Made by a program: the position numbers and the translations under genes. From Cyanobacteriota bacterium (GTDB taxonomy: Bacteria > Cyanobacteriota > Vampirovibrionia > Vampirovibrionales > Vampirovibrionaceae): a DNA stretch of 64,000 nucleotides. Numbering within the stretch: position 1 is the first letter of the stretch; each line of letters starts with the position of its first letter. This document shows positions 50,056-59,689 of the stretch, one piece after another. The notes under the pieces were generated by a model that was not told the origin of the DNA, did no database searches, and worked only from the letters and a program-made list of their open reading frames with translations. The DNA is taken from NCBI GenBank assembly GCA_019751815.1, contig JAIEMW010000001.1, positions 65,564-129,563 on the forward strand. Direction: 5' to 3'.

Positions 50056-52140
50056 TTAAAGTGCTTCTGCCAGGACGGGGGTTATTTTTTGCTCTCGGAT
50101 AATGGTACCCAAGAGCACACCGTTGTGTTTCCGGATCAGACTGGTGGCGGCATCCAGCTGGGAGGAGGTGGTGTACTTTTCCACCAAAAGCACCAGAGCG
50201 TCTACCCTTGTGATCAACGCTTCGGCTTCTTCACTGCTTAGCAGGGCCGGGGAATCGACAAAAATCCAGTCAAATTGTTGCCTCAATGAGGTGATGAGCG
50301 CACTGAAAGCCTGCTGTTCAATAAACGTTGCGGCATATGGTGGTTCCAAGCCCAACGGGAGATAAGCCAGAGGGGGAGAGGTGATCGGGCTGTGTTGACT
50401 CCTAATAAGTCGCTCTTGAAAAAGTGCCAACCACTCTTCGTTACTGGTAAGACTGTGTTTTAGGTGAATATAATCACTGGTTCCCTGAAAAAGTGGGCCG
50501 ATGTTATCAATCCCAAAGCTAGAAGTAGCTAAATTACTGGTTCTTAGCTGAGTATCCAGAATAAGCACTCGCTCAGGCTGCAAGTTACTCCGCTCAGCAG
50601 CCATTTGTTCAGCCAGTTGAAGCAGAACATGGGATTGGAGGGTCTGATCATAGACATTACAAATCTGTAGTACCTGTCGTTGGTGCTGCACGCCCAGACT
50701 GCGTAAGGTCGAAATAGACAACCGCATTTCGGCTTCTGGCAGTTGAGGGTCTTCTTTCACCTGATTGAGCCATTGCTGCTTTTCCAGCCAGGGGATTCTA
50801 CCAAGAACGGGCTGACTGAGTTGTTTTTGAGGCTCAAGCGTGGGGGTGGCTTGAGCTTGTTTTTTAGAGGCCTGTTTTTTCAAGTTGCTGCGAATGGCAT
50901 GGGGCTGCTGTATTAACAGAGAGGCAATGCCAGACAGAAACAAGACCAAAAGCTGTTTGAGCAACGCGCCAGGGAATAACGGCTCAGCAGAGTAACTGGG
51001 AGGACTTAAGGTGGTGATGAGTGAAGCACCATCGGGAATACCTTGGTTGAGTTGCTGTGTGCGTGATTGCAATAGGTCGGTTTGAAGGGCTTCCAAGGTC
51101 TGTTTTTCAAAAAGAAGACCACCCAAGGCGAGTTGATGATGGGTCACTTGAGGAACTTGCCGAAGGATTTGATCCCTTTCGCTCTCGAGTAATGCAAGCG
51201 CTTGTTCAGCGGCACTGAGATCTATCTGGTTATGCGCCAACTGGTAGGACAAGGATGAGGCTGTTGCCAGCTGAGAGATACGCTGTTTGATTTGTAGCTT
51301 GAGGGTTTGAACTGCTGTACTTAAGCGGAGGATTTCAGGGTGTTCTTCCGCTCCCTGATCGCTATAGCGAGTTGGGTAAAGTGGTTTTTTGGCCTTGTAT
51401 TCCTCTTGCAAAATAAGCAGATTGTTCTGCAAACGCCGGAGTGCAGGATCAGAGGTCAAAGCACTTAAGGCTTGTTCCATCTTGCTTTGGCGGTTGGGTG
51501 TGTGACTTTGTTCAGCTTGGCTGGCTTTGAGAAGCGCAATCCGTTCTTGAAGAAGTTGTTGTTTACGACCTTCAAAACCAGCTTTACTGGCTCTATTAGA
51601 CCAGTAAGCTTGAATAATCTGCTGATCTGCCTGTGATAACTCAGGATCGTCTGGATTGGGTTTAAATTGCTCAATGCGTTGTTTATTCCAGGCCAAGGCA
51701 GAAGCGGTGCTGGCCAGCTGTTTTTCGATTTCTTGCCTACTATGCTGGACTTGACGAAGCAAACTTAAACGGAGTGCCTGCTGTAATTGAGAGATGGTGG
51801 CATCGAGCACCCTTTGGGATAAGGCCGGGCTAGTGGTTATGATGGTAAGTGGGGTTGAAGAATGAGGTTTGACAGTGGTTTTTTGGGATCGTAATTGCGC
51901 AGTGAGATCGGACAGTGAGAGGGTAAACCCTTCAGGTCGTTCATTGAGTGTGAGCACCTGGTAAACGCCTTGAATAAAAGCAGGAGAAGCGAGTGTTTCC
52001 TGAAAAACAGGGCGGACAGATTCTGAGAGGGAAACAACCGCAGTGGCAGGGAATCGATCAGGCCATAGCCAGGCCACAAGCCCAAAACCCAGCAGTGAAC
52101 AGGCTGAAAAAACAGCAGTGCGTTTAAGGAGATGATGCAT
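50056..52140 (-). CDS. Wzz/GumC-like polysaccharide chain-length-determinant protein with a C-terminal BY-kinase-like domain lacking Walker A
   Basis: N-terminal TM, long coiled-coil periplasmic region, second TM (LLVLFLSGIASLLI). The C-terminal alpha/beta region ends FDWIFVDSPALLSS...ALVLLVE (Walker B-like) but no GxxxxGK[ST] could be found. Confidence 0.4.
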   Translation of the reverse strand: MHHLLKRTAVFSACSLLGFGLVAWLWPDRFPATAVVSLSESVRPVFQETLASPAFIQGVYQVLTLNERPEGFTLSLSDLTAQLRSQKTTVKPHSSTPLTIITTSPALSQRVLDATISQLQQALRLSLLRQVQHSRQEIEKQLASTASALAWNKQRIEQFKPNPDDPELSQADQQIIQAYWSNRASKAGFEGRKQQLLQERIALLKASQAEQSHTPNRQSKMEQALSALTSDPALRRLQNNLLILQEEYKAKKPLYPTRYSDQGAEEHPEILRLSTAVQTLKLQIKQRISQLATASSLSYQLAHNQIDLSAAEQALALLESERDQILRQVPQVTHHQLALGGLLFEKQTLEALQTDLLQSRTQQLNQGIPDGASLITTLSPPSYSAEPLFPGALLKQLLVLFLSGIASLLIQQPHAIRSNLKKQASKKQAQATPTLEPQKQLSQPVLGRIPWLEKQQWLNQVKEDPQLPEAEMRLSISTLRSLGVQHQRQVLQICNVYDQTLQSHVLLQLAEQMAAERSNLQPERVLILDTQLRTSNLATSSFGIDNIGPLFQGTSDYIHLKHSLTSNEEWLALFQERLIRSQHSPITSPPLAYLPLGLEPPYAATFIEQQAFSALITSLRQQFDWIFVDSPALLSSEEAEALITRVDALVLLVEKYTTSSQLDAATSLIRKHNGVLLGTIIREQKITPVLAEAL

Positions 52141-52180
52141 GACGTGGCCTTCTTTTTTGGTTGTCTTCTCTAATGGTTCT

Positions 52181-52903
52181 CTATCCTTGATTTAATCCTA
52201 TTCTTGCTTTTATTAAGGAGTCTACTTGCGCCGTGGTTGTGGCGGGGAGACCTGTATTATCAATAACCTGGGAGGCTTTTGCCAACTTCTCTGCTAGTGG
52301 CATCTGGCTGTCTATCCGGGCATCGGCCTGTGTTTCAGTCAGATGAGGATCTCGCTTCAATAACCGTTGTTTTTGTTGATCTCGGGTGGCCTTAATCACC
52401 CATACTTCGTCAAACATCCCTTCCAGTTTGGATTCAAACAGCAAAGGCACCTGCGCCACTGCCAGGGGGTCTGCTGCACAGGCTTGAAAGAATTGGTTAA
52501 TCCGCTGACGGACCTTGGGATGTATCCATGTTTCCAGGAGTTTTAGCTTGCTGCGGTCCGCAAAGGCCAGAGCGCCCAACTTTTTTTTATCCACAGAACC
52601 TGAGGGGAGAAAAACATCTTGACCAAAGGTGCTTTGCACATTCTGGCGTAATTCCGTATCGTGTGCGTAGAGATCGTCGACAATGACATCCGCGTCAATG
52701 GTCTTAATGCCCAAGGCTTCGATGGCTTTGCCGACGGTTGATTTCCCGCTGGCAATGCCACCAGTGAGTCCAATTTTTTGACAGCCCAGAAAACGGACGG
52801 GCGTGTCCAATGCGGAATGATGAATACCCTGCACGCTGGTAACATCCCCAATAACTACGAATTCTACTAAGACTATTCTCTCATATTTATATTTCTTTGA
52901 CAT
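52181..52903 (-). CDS. coaE: dephospho-CoA kinase
   Basis: IGLTGGIASGKSTVGK P-loop, and further on the conserved ...RLLKRD... region. The true start may lie downstream of the first ATG. Confidence 0.8.
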   Translation of the reverse strand: MSKKYKYERIVLVEFVVIGDVTSVQGIHHSALDTPVRFLGCQKIGLTGGIASGKSTVGKAIEALGIKTIDADVIVDDLYAHDTELRQNVQSTFGQDVFLPSGSVDKKKLGALAFADRSKLKLLETWIHPKVRQRINQFFQACAADPLAVAQVPLLFESKLEGMFDEVWVIKATRDQQKQRLLKRDPHLTETQADARIDSQMPLAEKLAKASQVIDNTGLPATTTAQVDSLIKARIGLNQG

Positions 52904-52914
52904 AAAATGCCTAT

Positions 52915-53589
52915 ATGCAACTGAGCGATTGGCGAAAAATTCAAATTATCTTGATCACCTTCTTTGTGGTGGCCTTATTGGCAGCAAACTGTTTGGGCTC
53001 AATGATACTAGAGGTCTCACTATTTGGCTGGATACTAAGGGTATCTGCTGGTGTATACCCTTTTGCGGTGACGTTTATCATTACTGATTGGGTGAATGAG
53101 TTTTACGGGCGCAAAGCGGCGGAGTGGATGACTTGGTTGGGATTTGGTTTTAGTCTGCTTTTACTGGGCTTATTTGCCTTGATTTCTTGCTTACCTGTGA
53201 TGCCAGATTCACCCCTGCCACTGGCCACAGTTCTTCAATCGGGGCAGTTGTTTTCGCATATGTTACTGGCGTCGATGACGGCGTATTTGGTCGGACAATT
53301 GTTGGATATTGGGGTGTTCCAGAAAATACGCCAGATGACAAAAAAACGGTATTTTTGGCTCCGGGCAACGGCTTCTACTGTTCTGTCTCAGGCGATAGAT
53401 ACGGTAATCGTAATCGGCATTGCCTTCTGGGGGGTGTATTCGCTCACAGAGTTTTGGCAACTGGTTTTGGGCAACTATATTTGGAAGCTGTGCTTTGTGT
53501 TTGGGGTGAGTCCACTGCTCAGCCTCGGTCATCATTGGCTCAAAACGGAAAGCAAAGCATTATTTGCCGAAGACGCGATGGGCATTTAA
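52915..53589 (+). CDS. queuosine-precursor transporter (YhhQ/VUT, DUF165 family)
   Basis: A six-TM protein. AGVYPFAVTFIITDWVNEFYG matches the YhhQ-family conserved motif. Confidence 0.72.
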   Translation: MQLSDWRKIQIILITFFVVALLAANCLGSMILEVSLFGWILRVSAGVYPFAVTFIITDWVNEFYGRKAAEWMTWLGFGFSLLLLGLFALISCLPVMPDSPLPLATVLQSGQLFSHMLLASMTAYLVGQLLDIGVFQKIRQMTKKRYFWLRATASTVLSQAIDTVIVIGIAFWGVYSLTEFWQLVLGNYIWKLCFVFGVSPLLSLGHHWLKTESKALFAEDAMGI

Positions 53590-53646
53590 AAAAACCGAGC
53601 GCTTGTGTTGTCTCTCATTTTTTGTTGACATGAGAAACATCAAGTC

Positions 53647-54708
53647 GTGATGTATGCAAGAGAGACCCCGACCACCGTGGACTTTTCCAGCGCCTGGGTT
53701 TTGTTTATCGCCGTCGTATTGTTGGCGTGGGCTTTTGACTTTCTGAATGGATTCCATGATGCAGCCAATGCGATTGCAACGATTGTTTCCACCAAAGTAT
53801 TGACTCCAACTCAGGCTGTTATTTTTGGGTCGCTCTTTGAGTTTGCCGGAGCGCTTTCGGGAACGGCGGTTGCTTCAACCATTGGTAAGGGCATTATCGA
53901 ATCCACCCAGATGACGATGGATATCATCCTCTGCGCCCTAATTTCAGCGATTTTATGGAATCTTATTACCTGGTATAAAGGTCTGCCGTCCAGCTCTTCG
54001 CACGGGCTCATCGGGGCTTTGGTTGGTGCTACTGTGTTTAGCAGTATCAATGGGGTTGGCTATGTTCACTGGCAGAAGTTGGTGGAAAAAGTGATTATGC
54101 CCATGGTAATTTACCCGGTGATTGGGCTGACTTTTGGTTTTTTGTTTATGACAGTGCTTACATGGCTGGTGTATAAACAGCCTGTTTATAGGATTCACAG
54201 TGTATTTGGGAAGTTACAATTGGTATCTGCAGCTGCAATGGCTTGCGCTCACGGCAATAACGATGCCCAAAAATCCATGGGTATTATCACGTTGGGGCTC
54301 ATGACATTGACCCCTGCGGCTCATCAGGTGTTTCATGTGCCCATGTGGGTGATGGTGTCTTGTGCCTTCTTTATTGCCATGGGAACGTTGTCTGGTGGAT
54401 GGCGGATTATCCGAACGCTGGGCAGTAAGATGATTAAACTGCAACCGGTTCATGGGTTTGCCGCAGAAACCACAGCGGCAAGCGTGATTTTGACCGCCTC
54501 TCATTATGGAATCCCCGTGAGTACCACGCATCTTATTTCGAGCGCGATTATGGGAGTAGGTGCCACTCGCAGACTTTCTGCCGTAAAGTGGACGGTGGTT
54601 GTTAATATTCTGATGGCCTGGGGGTTGACCATTCCGATTACCTTTGCGGTGTCTGGGTTACTCACCTTCTGCTACCGGCATTTGGCCAACCTCATGTCCC
54701 AGTTTTAA
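53647..54708 (+). CDS. inorganic phosphate transporter, PiT family
   Basis: FLNGFHDAANAIATIVSTKVL and the second repeat CAHGNNDAQKSMGII are the duplicated PiT signature. Confidence 0.85.
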   Translation: MMYARETPTTVDFSSAWVLFIAVVLLAWAFDFLNGFHDAANAIATIVSTKVLTPTQAVIFGSLFEFAGALSGTAVASTIGKGIIESTQMTMDIILCALISAILWNLITWYKGLPSSSSHGLIGALVGATVFSSINGVGYVHWQKLVEKVIMPMVIYPVIGLTFGFLFMTVLTWLVYKQPVYRIHSVFGKLQLVSAAAMACAHGNNDAQKSMGIITLGLMTLTPAAHQVFHVPMWVMVSCAFFIAMGTLSGGWRIIRTLGSKMIKLQPVHGFAAETTAASVILTASHYGIPVSTTHLISSAIMGVGATRRLSAVKWTVVVNILMAWGLTIPITFAVSGLLTFCYRHLANLMSQF

Positions 54709-54770
54709 GTTATGCTATTTAAAGGGAAGAGAGCCCTCTAAAAACAGAGCAAATCGAATGAGGTTGGCTT

Positions 54771-55448
54771 ATGCCGTTTGGCACCATACTATTATCGCTA
54801 CATTTTATTGTTGACTGGGTGAACGGGCTACTGGTCTGGTTATTAGCCATTGTGCACGGGACAATTGATTCGTTGGGTTATCTGGGTATCGTCTTGCTGA
54901 TGGCCATTGAGTCTGCCAATGTACCTTTGCCGAGTGAAATGATTTTGCCGTATGCCGGTTATATGGTCCAACAGGGACAACTCAATTTCCATCTGGCGGC
55001 ACTCGCTGGGGCAGTTGGCTGTGTGGTGGGATCACTCCCTTCCTATTGGCTTGGCCTGATGGGGGGGCGAAAATTTTTAAGCCGTTACGGGAAATGGTTT
55101 TTGCTTACCGAGCATGATCTGGTGACCGCAGAACGGTGGACTGAGAAATACGGGGACTGGGCTTTTTTCCTCTGTAGAATGCTACCTGTGGTCCGAACGT
55201 TTATTTCATTGCCCGCTGGTATCTTAAAGGCCCGCTTTTGGCCTTTTGTGATCTTTACCTTTGTGGGGTCCTGGGTGTGGAGCTATGCCCTGGTGTATGT
55301 GGGCGTCGTTTTGGGTGAGAATTTAGAGGCGTTTCGACATATCTGGCATAAGTTTGATTACGCCATTATCGGAGTCTTACTGATTTTGGGTGTGTTGTAT
55401 GTGTGGAAACATGTAAAACACTTACGAGCAGAGGTACCGGGACAATGA
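54771..55448 (+). CDS. DedA/SNARE-associated family membrane protein
   Basis: LGYLGIVLLMAIESANVPLPSEMILPYAGYMV plus the conserved G..R.FL.RYGK block. Confidence 0.8.
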   Translation: MPFGTILLSLHFIVDWVNGLLVWLLAIVHGTIDSLGYLGIVLLMAIESANVPLPSEMILPYAGYMVQQGQLNFHLAALAGAVGCVVGSLPSYWLGLMGGRKFLSRYGKWFLLTEHDLVTAERWTEKYGDWAFFLCRMLPVVRTFISLPAGILKARFWPFVIFTFVGSWVWSYALVYVGVVLGENLEAFRHIWHKFDYAIIGVLLILGVLYVWKHVKHLRAEVPGQ

Positions 55449-56944
55449 GCGAACAAGATCAATCTAATATCGTTGAACGACGCCAAGGCGGCTCAGGTTC
55501 AGCCCAAACCCAGGGCGAACTCAATCAAAGCTTAGGCCTGTTTTCTGCTCTTACTGTTGTGGCCGGCTCTATGGTAGGTTCTGGGATTTTTATTGTTTCT
55601 GCTGAAACCGTACACTATGTCGGTACCGGTGGGATGCTGATGGCTGTTTGGATTTTTAGTGCGGTTTTAACCCTTTTGGGAGCTGCGTCTTATGCCAAAT
55701 TTGCAGGGCACCTGCCCCGGGCAGGCGGACAGTATGTCTTCTTGAAAGAAGCCTGGGGAGAAATTCCTGCTTTTCTGTACGGTTGGGTGCTTTTTACGGT
55801 TATTCAAACTGGGTTTTTGGCAGCGGTGGCTGTTGCTTTTGCCCGCTATGTCGGAGTCCTTACCCCTGAAATTAATACGCGCTATTTTGTGCAACTCTCT
55901 CCCCAGTTTGGGATTTCCTCAGAGCAGATGCTGGCGGTGGTGGTTTTGATTGTTCTGACCTGGTTCAATACGACAGGGATTAAGAACGGGGCTGCTTTGC
56001 AGAATGTGTTTACTACCCTAAAAGTCATCGCACTTTTGGCGGTGATACTGATTGGCCTGAGCTTTGGTGTACATTTATTTACCCCCGGGGCAATTGACTG
56101 GAGTTTGCACATCCCACAGCAAACCTTACTGGCCAATGATTTAGGGCATGAGAGTATGATGGCTATTTTTGCCACAGCCGCGGTTGGTCCCCTGTTTTCT
56201 GCTGATGCTTGGAATTATGTGACATTTATTGGTGGGGAAGTACGCGATGCCAAGGTGAATCTTCCCAAGGCGCTCATTATGGGAACTGTGCTGGTCTTGG
56301 TTTTGTATCTGTTGGTGAATCTGGCCTATTTAAATGTCTTGACTCTTGATGAAATCCAGACAGCACCTGAACAACGAGTAGCAGCGGCACTGATGAGCCG
56401 TGTATTTGGACCACACGGGGCCAGTTTAATGGCCATGGTTATCTTGGTTTCTGCCTTTGGTTGCCTTAACGGGATGTTATTTTCTGGTGCCCGGGTGTTT
56501 TACGCAATGGCAAAGGACAGGCTGCTCTTTCGGCGCTTTGCAGAAGTAGACCCGCTCACCAAAAGCCCGAATTTTGCCCTGTGGGTGCAGTGTGCTTGGT
56601 CCGTTATTTTGGCGCTGAGCGGAAGATACAGCGATCTTCTCGCCTATGTTGTGTTTACGTCTCTGCTGTTTTACATCATCACCATGGCAGGGTTGATCAA
56701 GCTGGGTCTGCAACACCCTGAGGAATATCAGATGACGCGTAAGCGTGACTTTGCGCTGCCGGTTGCCTATATTGCCGGCGCGGGTTTTATCGCGCTTTAT
56801 TTGCTGATTGGGGGCGATAAATGGTTTACCAGCTTGGCCGGTGTGCTGTTTACGCTGTTGGGCTTAATTGTTTACTTTGGCTGGAAAAAATTGGTGCCGG
56901 CCCAGTATCAAGAAACTTGGACGGACCGGCGCAACGCTTCTTAA
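55445..56944 (+). CDS. APC-superfamily amino-acid permease
   Basis: 12 TM helices; VVAGSMVGSGIFIVSAETV and a FAGHLPRAGGQYVF-type consensus. Start overlaps the dedA stop. Confidence 0.85.
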   Translation: MSEQDQSNIVERRQGGSGSAQTQGELNQSLGLFSALTVVAGSMVGSGIFIVSAETVHYVGTGGMLMAVWIFSAVLTLLGAASYAKFAGHLPRAGGQYVFLKEAWGEIPAFLYGWVLFTVIQTGFLAAVAVAFARYVGVLTPEINTRYFVQLSPQFGISSEQMLAVVVLIVLTWFNTTGIKNGAALQNVFTTLKVIALLAVILIGLSFGVHLFTPGAIDWSLHIPQQTLLANDLGHESMMAIFATAAVGPLFSADAWNYVTFIGGEVRDAKVNLPKALIMGTVLVLVLYLLVNLAYLNVLTLDEIQTAPEQRVAAALMSRVFGPHGASLMAMVILVSAFGCLNGMLFSGARVFYAMAKDRLLFRRFAEVDPLTKSPNFALWVQCAWSVILALSGRYSDLLAYVVFTSLLFYIITMAGLIKLGLQHPEEYQMTRKRDFALPVAYIAGAGFIALYLLIGGDKWFTSLAGVLFTLLGLIVYFGWKKLVPAQYQETWTDRRNAS

Positions 56945-56964
56945 GCGGGGCGGTTGTCTTAATT

Positions 56965-58023
56965 CTACTTGGCTTTCGTCACCAGGTCTCTGAGTGTCAT
57001 ATGGAGTGCATCTAGTTCAGTGGCAACCTGATCTGGAGAGTAACCGAGATTACTACCGACATTTTGTCGCTTGCTGGGGTCCGTTGCCAGCGTCAGCAGA
57101 TGATCGTATATCGGCTTCAATTCCCGGATAAGATTTTCAGGATAATTTGGATACAGCGCGAGCTGGCGTTGAACCCAGTTTTTGAGAACTTTCTGAGAGG
57201 GGTCGCCCAATGTTAAGAAAACCGGTTTTGGGTAAGGCCCTCGGTCCGAGTACGGGACTGTGTAGTACAGTTTCAGGATGCTCAGGAGCGCGCTGTTGTC
57301 ATCTAGAGATACTTGGCTTGCATTAGAGGAAATTGGCTTTGTCAGGAGTGCTCTTGCCACAGAATCTACCAGCCCTCTGGCTTTTGTGCGGGCAGTTTCC
57401 CCTTCAGGGGTTTCCTCTTGGCCAATGGAGTCTGCCAGCATGGAGGCGATTCGGATTTTACCGCGAGCGCTTTGCCCCTCTGAACTGGCGAGCATTTGCT
57501 CGAGAATGGCATTGGCTTTTGCAATATCGCGGGCAACCCCATCAGAACCTTTGGCATACACACTAAATATGCCAGATAAACTGATTTGATGCTTTAGTAG
57601 CCGAGCATACAGCGCTTCGGCCTTGCCAGGATTGGGCGCGATGCCAACACTGGGCTTTCCTTTGGCATACTCTCTGGCAATCACAAAACTGGCTCCAACA
57701 CCATTGCCGTGAGGATCTTCAATCTCCAGAGCAATGGCCCGTTCAAAAAACTCATCTGCAACGGATTCATTTCCTTGAGCAAAGGCAGCGAGGCCATGCT
57801 CAAAAGCGCTTCGGATAGTCTTTAACTGCGCCGCTTGCCTTATCGCGCCTTCAACGGCAGACAAGCTTTTGCCTGGTGATTTTGCAGAAGAAACGGCCGT
57901 GGGTGCTTCACTGGGGTCAGCGGGATCTCGCATCCCAAATTGGACCTTGTTTAATGGGACTTGTTTTTTAAGAATACCGGCGACTGCCATGGGAGAGAAA
58001 CGTTGCTGGGGAGCAATGGTCAT
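56965..58023 (-). CDS. hypothetical protein with Sel1-like repeats
   Basis: Central segments (GVGASFVIAREYAKGKPSVGIAPNPGKAEALYARLL...YAKGSDGVARDIAKANAILEQM) resemble Sel1/TPR-like repeats. No signal peptide. Confidence 0.4.
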   Translation of the reverse strand: MTIAPQQRFSPMAVAGILKKQVPLNKVQFGMRDPADPSEAPTAVSSAKSPGKSLSAVEGAIRQAAQLKTIRSAFEHGLAAFAQGNESVADEFFERAIALEIEDPHGNGVGASFVIAREYAKGKPSVGIAPNPGKAEALYARLLKHQISLSGIFSVYAKGSDGVARDIAKANAILEQMLASSEGQSARGKIRIASMLADSIGQEETPEGETARTKARGLVDSVARALLTKPISSNASQVSLDDNSALLSILKLYYTVPYSDRGPYPKPVFLTLGDPSQKVLKNWVQRQLALYPNYPENLIRELKPIYDHLLTLATDPSKRQNVGSNLGYSPDQVATELDALHMTLRDLVTKAK

Positions 58024-58267
58024 CGGAAATGATCCTTATCAAAGTGGGGGATAAAATTGGGGGAGACACTCAAACACAAATGCAAACACAAATGGACGTA
58101 TTGGACAGTCTTTAAAGCCCAGTGAAGAAGATTTGATGCTAGTAATCCGGAAATTTATATCAGTTTTGTCACATTCACGTCGACTTTGTCGAAGGCAAGC
58201 GCTTGTCACAGGGCTTGGCTTCGGTTAGCCTGTTACATAATGAAATATTAACCGTGCAGAGCCTGTC

Positions 58268-59605
58268 ATGACTTACTTTACTGCGGATGTCATTTATTCC
58301 CCTGAAGGGCCCCTTCAAGACCACTATATCTCGGTGGACAATGGGGTTATTCAGCAAGTGGCCCCATTAAACACCTTAGAACCACGTGCTTTTAGGGACA
58401 TGATCGCCTTTGAGGACGCATTGATAGTCCCAGGCTTTGTCAACACGCACAATCATTCGTTTCAATCCCTGCTTAAAGGCATTGCCGATGATGCTGCCTT
58501 CTTTGACTGGCGTGACCGTGCCTTATACCGATACGGGGCCAAGTTGACACGTGATGAAATCTACTGGGGTGCTTTGTTTGCCTTTTCAGAAATGCTGAAA
58601 AACGGGATTACCACGGTTTGCGATTTTTTCTATCTCAACGATCAGGCCAATGAGAATGCCCGTGCGGTCATTCAGGCAGCAAAAGACCTGGGGATTCGAC
58701 TGACGCTGGCGCGGACGTTTTACGATTGGGATGGGGCGCCGAAACGCTTTCAAGAAAACGTGGATCAAGCAGTAAACAATACAGAAATGCTGATGCGCGA
58801 ATTTGAAGCCGATCAGCTTATCTCTGTGTTTCCTGCCCCACATAGTTTACATGGGGCGAGTTTGGCTATGATTCAAGCCGGAAAAGAGCTAGCCGATTCT
58901 TGGAATGCGCCTTATCATATGCACATAGCTGAAGGTCGCTACGAACGCGAGATGATCATAGAAAAAACGGGGCTCAGTCCTATTCAATATCTCCATCAAC
59001 AAGGCTTACTGGCTGCTAACCTGGTCGGTATCCACTGTGTCTGGTTGGACGATAGAGATATCGAGCTGATGGCCGGTTCCGGCATGGGGGTTTGCTATAA
59101 CCCTTCTAGCAATATGTTTTTGGGAGACGGGGTGACCCGTATCTCTGATTTAATCAAAGCAGGTGTTTCTATCTCTTTGGGAACGGATGGTGGCTGTAGC
59201 AACAACAGGGCTTCCATTGTTGAAGAGATGCGAATGACCAGCCTGCTCCAAAAAGTGACCCACTGTGATGCCACGGTAATTTCTGCTGAAGATGTCTTTA
59301 AGATGGGGACAGTTACAGGAGGGTCGCACCTGGGAAGACCCATTGGCGCCATTGCCAAAGGGTATGCGGCGGATTTGACCGTGATCGATCTCGATGATCT
59401 CTCGATGCAGCCACGGGCCTTCTTCCAGAAAAATATGGTTTACGCGATGCAGCCTTCCGCAGTTCAGGCTGTGATTGTGAACGGCAGCAAAGTGTTTGAG
59501 CGTGGGGAACTCTTGGGCGCCATTACCGAGGGCCATATTGTCGAAAAAATTCAGACAATCACTGGCAACTGGGAAGCTGTTCCCAGTAAAGTGGCGTTAA
59601 AATAA
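58268..59605 (+). CDS. amidohydrolase-family metal-dependent deaminase/chlorohydrolase (HutF/SsnA/MTA-deaminase-like)
   Basis: ALIVPGFVNTHNHSFQSLLKG (metal-binding HxH), HMHIAEG, and the C-terminal ...SLGTDGG... aspartate-region motifs. Confidence 0.75.
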   Translation: MTYFTADVIYSPEGPLQDHYISVDNGVIQQVAPLNTLEPRAFRDMIAFEDALIVPGFVNTHNHSFQSLLKGIADDAAFFDWRDRALYRYGAKLTRDEIYWGALFAFSEMLKNGITTVCDFFYLNDQANENARAVIQAAKDLGIRLTLARTFYDWDGAPKRFQENVDQAVNNTEMLMREFEADQLISVFPAPHSLHGASLAMIQAGKELADSWNAPYHMHIAEGRYEREMIIEKTGLSPIQYLHQQGLLAANLVGIHCVWLDDRDIELMAGSGMGVCYNPSSNMFLGDGVTRISDLIKAGVSISLGTDGGCSNNRASIVEEMRMTSLLQKVTHCDATVISAEDVFKMGTVTGGSHLGRPIGAIAKGYAADLTVIDLDDLSMQPRAFFQKNMVYAMQPSAVQAVIVNGSKVFERGELLGAITEGHIVEKIQTITGNWEAVPSKVALK

Positions 59606-59620
59606 GCCTTTTTGCAATAA

Positions 59621-59666
59621 AAAAAGACCGTCCACCTTCTATACAGAAGGCGTCGGTCTTTTTTCA
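59621..59666. terminator. bidirectional rho-independent terminator
   Basis: AAAAAGACCGTCCACCTTCT-ATAC-AGAAGGCGTCGGTCTTTTTT: a GC-rich hairpin flanked by an A-run and a T-run, sitting between convergent genes. Confidence 0.65.
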
Positions 59667-59689
59667 GCATGTTTGATCGACTCTCAGCG

